DNA from: an uncultured Collinsella sp.
GTDB taxonomy: Bacteria; Actinomycetota; Coriobacteriia; Coriobacteriales; Coriobacteriaceae
Assembly: GCA_947001545.1 (NCBI GenBank)
Contig: CAMQHB010000001.1
Coordinates: 22,446-86,445 of the forward strand
DNA length: 64,000 bases
Direction of reading: 5' to 3'
Shown: piece by piece, positions 58,250 through 64,000 of the stretch
How the letters are laid out: the number at the start of each line of letters is the position of its first letter
How positions within the stretch are numbered: position 1 is the first letter of the stretch
Notes under the pieces: model-generated
The model's input: only the letters and a program-made list of their open reading frames with translations
Told to the model about the DNA's origin: nothing
The model's database searches: none
Program-made: the position numbers and the translations under genes

Positions 58250-59293
58250 ATGGCGCTTTCCGAATACAGCAAGCGGCTGCTGGGCGCCTATGCCGAGCAG
58301 CCGTTCCTTATGGCTCCCATGGCGGGCGTGACCGACCCTGCCTACCGCATCATGTGCCGCCGCCGCGGTGCCAACCTTGCCTACAGCGAGATGGTGAGCG
58401 TGGCGGGCCTTGCCTATGCCAGCAACAAGACCTGGTGCCTGGTGCTACCGGCCGACGAGGAGCAGCAGATTTGCGTGCAGCTCTTTGGCTCCAAGCCCGA
58501 GCAGTTTGCGAATGCCGTCGCCGCCGTCGAGGAGCGTGTGGGCGATCGCCTGTCATTGATCGATATCAACATGGCCTGTCCGGCTCGCAAGGTCGTTACC
58601 AAGGGCGAAGGCTCGGCGCTTATGCGCACGCCCGACCTGGCCGAGAAGATTGTCGAGGCAGCGGTGGGCGCGGCGCATGTTCCCGTGACCGTGAAGATCC
58701 GCAAGGGTTTTTATGCCGAGGACCGCAACGCCGCAACGTTTGCCCAGATGCTTGAAGGGGCGGGCGCCTCTGCAGTTGCCGTGCACGGTCGTTGTGCCAC
58801 GCAGCTCTATACGGGCCAGGCCGATTGGTCTGTCGTCGATGAGGTGGCTGACGCCGTCGAGATTCCCGTTATCGGTTCGGGCGATGTGTTCTGCGCCGAG
58901 GATGCCGCAGAGCATCTGCGCAGCTCGGGTGCCAGCGCGGTGTTTATCGCACGCGGCATCTACGGAAACCCCTGGGTTTTTGGTGATGCTCGCGCCCTTG
59001 CGCTCGATGGCATACCGGTGCCGGCACGCAGCTCCGTCGAGCGCCTGGACGCCCTGCGTGAGCACCTAACGCTGACGCATGAGCTCCTGCCGCTCATGTC
59101 GCGTGCCCGCACGTACGCAAGCTGGTACTTAAAAGGCATGCCTCATGCCGCCGCTTGGCGTGCCCATGTGGTGCGCTGTTCCACTTACGAGGAGTTTATG
59201 GCGCTGGTTGATGAGATCGAGCGCGATGTGGTGGCCTGCGAGGCTGCCCTTGCCGCCGGCGAATCGGTGCCTCCACATCCGCTGGAGGCTTAA
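58250..59293 (+). CDS. dusB: tRNA-dihydrouridine synthase
   Basis: Motifs seen: MAPMAGVTDPAYR, INMACPARKV and VKIRKG. Confidence 0.9.
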   Translation: MALSEYSKRLLGAYAEQPFLMAPMAGVTDPAYRIMCRRRGANLAYSEMVSVAGLAYASNKTWCLVLPADEEQQICVQLFGSKPEQFANAVAAVEERVGDRLSLIDINMACPARKVVTKGEGSALMRTPDLAEKIVEAAVGAAHVPVTVKIRKGFYAEDRNAATFAQMLEGAGASAVAVHGRCATQLYTGQADWSVVDEVADAVEIPVIGSGDVFCAEDAAEHLRSSGASAVFIARGIYGNPWVFGDARALALDGIPVPARSSVERLDALREHLTLTHELLPLMSRARTYASWYLKGMPHAAAWRAHVVRCSTYEEFMALVDEIERDVVACEAALAAGESVPPHPLEA

Positions 59294-59295
59294 GG

Positions 59296-60528
59296 GTGGC
59301 CGTTACCGCGCTGTACGTGCACGTGCCGTTTTGCGCCCAAAAGTGCCGGTACTGCGACTTTGACTCGCGCAGTTTTGCTCCGTGCGACCTGAGCGCTGCG
59401 CTCGATGTCTATTTTGAGCAGTTGTTCGCGCGCCTCGATGCTTTTGGCAAGGCTGGGGCCCTTGAACAGATCCGCACCGTCTATGTTGGCGGTGGTACGC
59501 CGTCGCTGGCGGGGAAGCGCCTGGTGGAGCTGGCGCGGCGTATTCGTGCGTGGTGCGCCCCCGTTGAGTTTACCTGCGAGGCCAATCCCGAGTCGCTGAC
59601 CGCCGAGCTTGCCGCTGCGCTTGCCAAGGTTGGTGTCACACGCGTCTCTCTGGGCGTGCAAACGCTCGATAACATCGAACTTACCGCTATCGGCCGTATT
59701 CACGATGCCGATCGGGCGCTTGCCGCCATCGCGACAGTCAAGAACGCTGGGCTTGACGTGTCGTGCGACCTTATGTGCGGACTTCCTGGGCAGACCGCAG
59801 CGAGTTGGAGGCGCACGCTCGATGGCGTGCTGGCGGCGGCTCCGCATCATGTGTCGGTCTACCCGCTCACGCTTGAGGAGGGGACTCCCCTTTATCGCAT
59901 GGCGTGCCGCGACGAGTCGGTCGAGCCCGACGAGGATTTTCAAGCTTCGTGCATGGATGTGGCGCGTGAGCGTCTGGGTGCGGCCGGCTATCACCCGTAT
60001 GAGGTGGCAAGCTATGCGCTCGACGGACATGAGTGCGCCCATAACATTGCCTACTGGACCGGCCAGGGCTATTTGGGCCTGGGTCGCTCTGCCGCGGGCA
60101 TGCTCGATGCCGAGGATTTCGATCGTCTTGCAGGTTTGTTCCCCGGCGTGTCTTCTCGAGGCGATTCGTACCGCGTGCGTCTGGTGCAACGTGACGATGA
60201 CGCGACGGCGTTCGAGGCCGAATATCTCTCGCAGCGCGAGGCCGCGGCCGAAGACCTGATGCTTGCTTGTCGCATGACGCGCGGTGTCGCGTCCGACCTT
60301 TTGGTTCGCGCGGCTCGTGCCGTCCCGGCCGATGAGCTGGCAGCTGCCTGCGATCGCGCGCTCGAATTGGGTCTTGCCACTTGGGTGCCCGAGACGCTCG
60401 GAGTCCATGAGGGACCCTTCACTTCGGCAGATGTCATCGCGGGCCATGTTCGAGCTCGTTTAGCGCCGACACACCTGGGCTGGCTCGATGGAAATGTTCT
60501 GTTCGAGCTGTTTTGGGATCTAGCTTAG
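59296..60528 (+). CDS. hemW: radical SAM heme chaperone HemW (HemN-like, oxygen-independent coproporphyrinogen oxidase family)
   Basis: It has LYVHVPFCAQKCRYCDF (CxxxCxxC) and VYVGGGTPS. The lepA-...-hemW context is conserved. Confidence 0.88.
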   Translation: MAVTALYVHVPFCAQKCRYCDFDSRSFAPCDLSAALDVYFEQLFARLDAFGKAGALEQIRTVYVGGGTPSLAGKRLVELARRIRAWCAPVEFTCEANPESLTAELAAALAKVGVTRVSLGVQTLDNIELTAIGRIHDADRALAAIATVKNAGLDVSCDLMCGLPGQTAASWRRTLDGVLAAAPHHVSVYPLTLEEGTPLYRMACRDESVEPDEDFQASCMDVARERLGAAGYHPYEVASYALDGHECAHNIAYWTGQGYLGLGRSAAGMLDAEDFDRLAGLFPGVSSRGDSYRVRLVQRDDDATAFEAEYLSQREAAAEDLMLACRMTRGVASDLLVRAARAVPADELAAACDRALELGLATWVPETLGVHEGPFTSADVIAGHVRARLAPTHLGWLDGNVLFELFWDLA

Positions 60529-60586
60529 GTCGCTCGGGTAGAATTACCGAAATATATACGCTGCTGTGAGCAGGAGGTTGCCGCGC

Positions 60587-61690
60587 ATGGCGACGATGAA
60601 CGAAAAAGATTACTACGAGATTCTGGGTGTCTCCAAGGACGCCACCTCACGTGATATTCAAAAGGCCTTTCAGCAAAAGGCCCGCAAGCTCCATCCGGAC
60701 GTCAACAAAGAGCCGGATGCCGAGGAAAAGTTTAAAGAGGTTTCCGAGGCCTACGCCGTGCTTTCGGACGAGCAGAAGCGTTCGCGCTACGACGCCATGC
60801 GTTCGGGCAACCCCTTCGCCGGCGCTCCTACGGCTTCGCCCTATGGCGGCGGCTACGCCGGCAGCGCGGGCTATGGCAATCCCTTTGAGGGCGGTTTTCC
60901 CTTTGGTGGCGCCTGGGGCCAGCCGCGTCGCGGGCAGGCTGCCTACAATCCCGAGAACGGCGCCAACGTGGTCGTCGATATCAAACTCGACGCCAAGGAG
61001 GCCAAGGGCGGTGCCCGCAAGACCGTCCGCTACACGCGCTTCGATACCTGTAACAACTGCGGCGGTTCGGGCTCCGTTTCGTCTGAGCATGCCCATACCT
61101 GCCCGAGCTGCGGTGGCCGCGGCCACATCGACGTCGACCTGTCCTTCCTGTTTGGTGCGGGCACGTTCCAGTCGGTCTGCCCCGAGTGCGGCGGTTCCGG
61201 TAAGGTCGTGGCCGACCCCTGCCCTGATTGCGGCGGCAGCGGTCGTACTCGCGTAACCTCCGAGCAGACGATTGAGTTTCCTGCCGGCACGCACGATGGC
61301 GACGAGGTCCGCATTGGCGGCATGGGTCATGCTGGCACCAACGGTGCCGCGGGCGGCGATCTGGTCGGCCGCGCCCATGTTGAGGCCGAGCGCTTGGAAG
61401 GCAAAGCTCGTACCGGTTTTTACCTGATGGGCATCGTGGCGCCGTTTTTGGTACTCTCGGCCATCTCGGGCGTGTTCTCGGCCTTTGCCGTGATGTGCTT
61501 TATTCCGTTTGCCATGGGCCTGTTCATGGTGCTTTCGGACGGCGTGCTTCATCGCAGCCTGCTGTGGTGGAAGCGCGGCGCGATGCAGTTTGCCAACGGT
61601 TTTGCCAACGGCTTCATGTTCGCGCTCGTGTCGGTTTGGTTCGCGAGCTGCTCGCAACGGGCCATGCTTTCGCCGTACCAAATGCAATAA
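60587..61690 (+). CDS. membrane-anchored DnaJ-like protein (J domain, G/F region, four CxxCxGxG zinc-finger repeats, then about 3 predicted TM helices)
   Basis: It has DYYEILGV...LHPDVN (HPD) and the repeats [24 protein letters not shown] and CPDCGGSG. The C-terminal 90 aa are hydrophobic ([39 protein letters not shown]; [11 protein letters not shown]). Confidence 0.8.
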   Translation: MATMNEKDYYEILGVSKDATSRDIQKAFQQKARKLHPDVNKEPDAEEKFKEVSEAYAVLSDEQKRSRYDAMRSGNPFAGAPTASPYGGGYAGSAGYGNPFEGGFPFGGAWGQPRRGQAAYNPENGANVVVDIKLDAKEAKGGARKTVRYTRFDTCNNCGGSGSVSSEHAHTCPSCGGRGHIDVDLSFLFGAGTFQSVCPECGGSGKVVADPCPDCGGSGRTRVTSEQTIEFPAGTHDGDEVRIGGMGHAGTNGAAGGDLVGRAHVEAERLEGKARTGFYLMGIVAPFLVLSAISGVFSAFAVMCFIPFAMGLFMVLSDGVLHRSLLWWKRGAMQFANGFANGFMFALVSVWFASCSQRAMLSPYQMQ

Positions 61691-61771
61691 CATCAAACCC
61701 TCTGTTTGCGGTCGGCCCTGCTTGGGTATAGGACGCACTGTGACAATAATGAAAGTCGGAAGGATTCGGTT

Positions 61772-62920
61772 GTGTCGGAAAATAGGGATTACTACGAGGT
61801 GCTTGGCGTCGACAGGGATGCCGACGCGCGGACGATTAAGCGTGCGTTTCTAAAGAAGGCCCGTACCGTACATCCGGATGTTTCGGACGACCCCGAGGCC
61901 GAGGCCAAGTTCAAGGAGCTCAACGAGGCCTATTCCGTTCTTTCCGATGAGCAGAAGCGTGCTAACTACGACCGTTACGGCACTGCCGACGGCCCTGGTG
62001 GTTCGGGCTACGTCGATATCAACGATATCTTTGGTGGCATGGGCATGGACGACTTGTTCTCGTCGTTCTTTGGCGGCGGTGCCGGCGGTGGCGCCCGCAG
62101 CCGTCGTGAGCGTCGTCGCGGACGTGATATGGCCATCTCGCTTTCGGTGACGCTCGAGGAGGCGGCGCTCGGCTGCAAAAAGACGATCAGCTATGACCGC
62201 CTTGCTCCTTGCGAGGACTGCAACGGCACCGGTAGGGCAGAGGGCGCACAGGAAAAGCAGTGCGGCCGCTGCCACGGCACGGGCTATGTCACGACGGTTC
62301 AGCGATCGTTTTTGGGCCAGGTTCAGTCCTCTTCGCCTTGCCCCGACTGCCATGGCGAGGGCACGGTCATCGACCATCCCTGCGAGACCTGCGACGGTCA
62401 GGGCCGCACGCCTTCGCATGAAAAGATCGACATCGATATTCCCGCCGGCGTTTCGACCGGTCGCCAGCTGCGCGTGAGCGGCTTCGGCGAGGCCGGCCTT
62501 CGCGGCGAGCCCTCGGGCGACCTGATTGTCAACGTGTGCGTTGCCGACCATGAGCGCTTTAAGCGCAACGGTGACGACCTGTACCTGGTGAGCGATATCT
62601 CGATTGCGCAGGCTGCGCTCGGCTGCGAGATCGAGGTCGAGGGCATTATGCCCGACGAGGTCGTTAGGGTGACGGTTCCCGCCGGCGCCCAGTACGGCGA
62701 CACCGTGAGCGTCAATAATTACGGAATGCCGCGCATTGGCGGTGGCGGTTCGCGTGGCCGCCTGATCGTGCAACTGCGCGTGGTTGTTCCCATCAATCTC
62801 TCCAATAAGCAGCGCGAGCTGCTCCGTGCTTTTGCCGATGAGATGGGCGATGACGTCACTTCCGGTAAGAAGTCGGTGACCGACCGTATCAAGAGTGCCC
62901 TCGACGATATCCTCGATTAA
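61772..62920 (+). CDS. dnaJ: molecular chaperone DnaJ (type I, complete)
   Basis: It has DYYEVLGV...VHPDV, four Cys repeats (CEDCNGTG, CGRCHGTG, CPDCHGEG, CETCDGQG) and a full CTD. The GTG start at 61772 follows ggaagga. Confidence 0.92.
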   Translation: MSENRDYYEVLGVDRDADARTIKRAFLKKARTVHPDVSDDPEAEAKFKELNEAYSVLSDEQKRANYDRYGTADGPGGSGYVDINDIFGGMGMDDLFSSFFGGGAGGGARSRRERRRGRDMAISLSVTLEEAALGCKKTISYDRLAPCEDCNGTGRAEGAQEKQCGRCHGTGYVTTVQRSFLGQVQSSSPCPDCHGEGTVIDHPCETCDGQGRTPSHEKIDIDIPAGVSTGRQLRVSGFGEAGLRGEPSGDLIVNVCVADHERFKRNGDDLYLVSDISIAQAALGCEIEVEGIMPDEVVRVTVPAGAQYGDTVSVNNYGMPRIGGGGSRGRLIVQLRVVVPINLSNKQRELLRAFADEMGDDVTSGKKSVTDRIKSALDDILD

Positions 62921-62929
62921 GGAGCCCGC

Positions 62930-64000
62930 GTGCTCGCACCCCATATTTCCGTCGTCAACCTCGGCTGCCGTGTCAACCGGGTTGAGTCTGACCGTATCAC
63001 TGCCGATCTTATGCGCTTGGGCTTTGCTATTGTGGAGCCCCAGGATGCCGATCTGATCGTCATTAACACTTGTGCCGTTACGGGCGAGGCCGAGGCCAAG
63101 ACCCGTAAGGCCGTCCGTCATGCGCTGGCCCATCCAAACGAGCCCTATGTGGTCGTGACCGGATGCGTGGTCAATTTGCATCCCGAGGAGCTGTCGGAGC
63201 TTTCGGATCGCGTGATTGCCGAGCCGTCCAAGATAGATGTCGCCGAACGTGTATGCGAGGTGCTGGGTGTTGAGTCCGATAGCGTTCCCGCCTGCAGCGA
63301 TGGCGAGGTGGTCGATGCGCTCGGTCGCTCTCGCCTGGGCGTGAAGATTCAGGATGGCTGCAACCATCGCTGCACCTATTGCATTGTGTGGAAGGCGCGC
63401 GGCCCCGAGCGCTCCGTGCCCGTCGAGTCCGTGCTCGAGCAAGTTCGCGAGGCCCAGGAGGCCGGCGTGCCCGAGGTGGTGCTGACCGGTGTGAACCTGG
63501 GTGCCTACGATGGCAAGAGCGCGACCGACGAGCACGTCGAAATCGATGAGCTGCTCGAGGCCATCATGGAGCGCACGTCTATTCCGCATGTGCGCATTTC
63601 CTCGGTCGAGCCCATGGATATCTCCGAGCGCCTGCTTAAGGTTATGGCGCGCTACCCGCAGCGTATCGCCCCGTTTTTGCACCTGCCCGTGCAGTCCGGC
63701 TGCACGGCGACCCTGCATCGCATGGGCCGTCCCTATAGCGCCGAAGCCTTTGAGGACACGGTGCGTATGATTCGCGCCAACTTGCCCCAGGCGTCCCTTT
63801 CGTGCGATGTCATCGTCGGTTTTCCTGGTGAGACGGACGAGGAGTTCGAGGAGTCGCTGGCGCTGTGCCGCCGTGTGGGTTTCTCGCGTATGCACGTGTT
63901 CCGCTACAGCAAGCGTCCCGGTACCCTTGCTGCCGACATGCCCGACCAGGTGCCACCCGAGGTTATGGCCGAGCGCAGCCGCCGTATGCGGGCCGCCGCA
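62930..64000 (+). CDS. mtaB: MiaB-family tRNA methylthiotransferase (MtaB-like), 3' end outside the window
   Basis: This gene is not in the ORF track because it is open to the window end. My own translation gives VLAPHISVVNLGCRVNRVESDRI...ADLIVINTCAVTGEAEAKTRK and KIQDGCNHRCTYCIVW (CxxxCxxC). An AAGGAG RBS lies 5 nt upstream of the GTG. Confidence 0.85.
   Translation, partial: MLAPHISVVNLGCRVNRVESDRITADLMRLGFAIVEPQDADLIVINTCAVTGEAEAKTRKAVRHALAHPNEPYVVVTGCVVNLHPEELSELSDRVIAEPSKIDVAERVCEVLGVESDSVPACSDGEVVDALGRSRLGVKIQDGCNHRCTYCIVWKARGPERSVPVESVLEQVREAQEAGVPEVVLTGVNLGAYDGKSATDEHVEIDELLEAIMERTSIPHVRISSVEPMDISERLLKVMARYPQRIAPFLHLPVQSGCTATLHRMGRPYSAEAFEDTVRMIRANLPQASLSCDVIVGFPGETDEEFEESLALCRRVGFSRMHVFRYSKRPGTLAADMPDQVPPEVMAERSRRMRAAA

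Noticed and set aside
60529-61771. Looked for CIRCE (TTAGCACTC-N9-GAGTGCTAA) or HAIR (CTTGAGT-N7-ACTCAAG) heat-shock operators upstream of the two J-protein genes.
   Set aside because: Neither intergenic region (60529-60586, 61691-61771) contains a match or a near match.

Overview
This is a GC-rich chromosomal segment with strong G/C bias at third codon positions. It is almost entirely a conserved housekeeping backbone, mostly on the + strand. The pyrF-mIHF-gmk-rpoZ synteny, together with Firmicute-like operon orders, adhE, PPDK and a type-1B pyrK/pyrD, suggests a high-GC Gram-positive. I infer something like Actinomycetota, class Coriobacteriia, but I cannot verify this.

Gene order:
- mrdA (partial)-rodA-DUF697
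- a radical-SAM TIGR03960/TIGR03936-like pair
- rplU-rpmA-obg-nadD-yqeK-rsfS
- dinB (-)
- rpsP-KH-rimM-trmD-lepB
- glyQ-glyS
- PPDK regulator-ppdK
- rplS-rnhB
- yraN-comM-dprA-trmFO-xerC
- rpsB-tsf-pyrH-frr-uppS-cdsA-dxr-rseP-ispG-proS
- an APH-like kinase (-) and adhE (-)
- a RAYT/IS200-like Y1 transposase unit
- rpmB (-)
- pyrR-pyrB-pyrC-pyrK-pyrD-pyrF
- mIHF-gmk-rpoZ-thiI
- comEA-comEC-holA
- rpsT
- lepA-dus-hemW
- a membrane-anchored J-protein, then dnaJ, then mtaB (partial)

I found no rRNA, tRNA or CRISPR array.

I see no obvious multi-gene novel system (defence, toxin or biosynthetic). The non-backbone items worth a second look are:
1. A 1,053-bp unit in which a Y1 (HUH) transposase-like gene is bracketed by 53-nt inverted composite repeats (51/53 identical). 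Each repeat is built from a tandem 18-mer plus a hairpin, so the unit resembles a REPtron.
2. A DnaJ paralogue whose C-terminal substrate-binding/dimerisation half is replaced by predicted transmembrane helices. It sits where hrcA normally lies, directly upstream of canonical dnaJ.
3. A Xer recombinase whose conserved N-terminal helix is encoded upstream of any canonical start codon.
4. Several structured leaders (pyrR, rpsT, rpsB, mIHF, adhE upstream).

Many very long ORFs antisense to real genes are GC-composition artefacts and were rejected.
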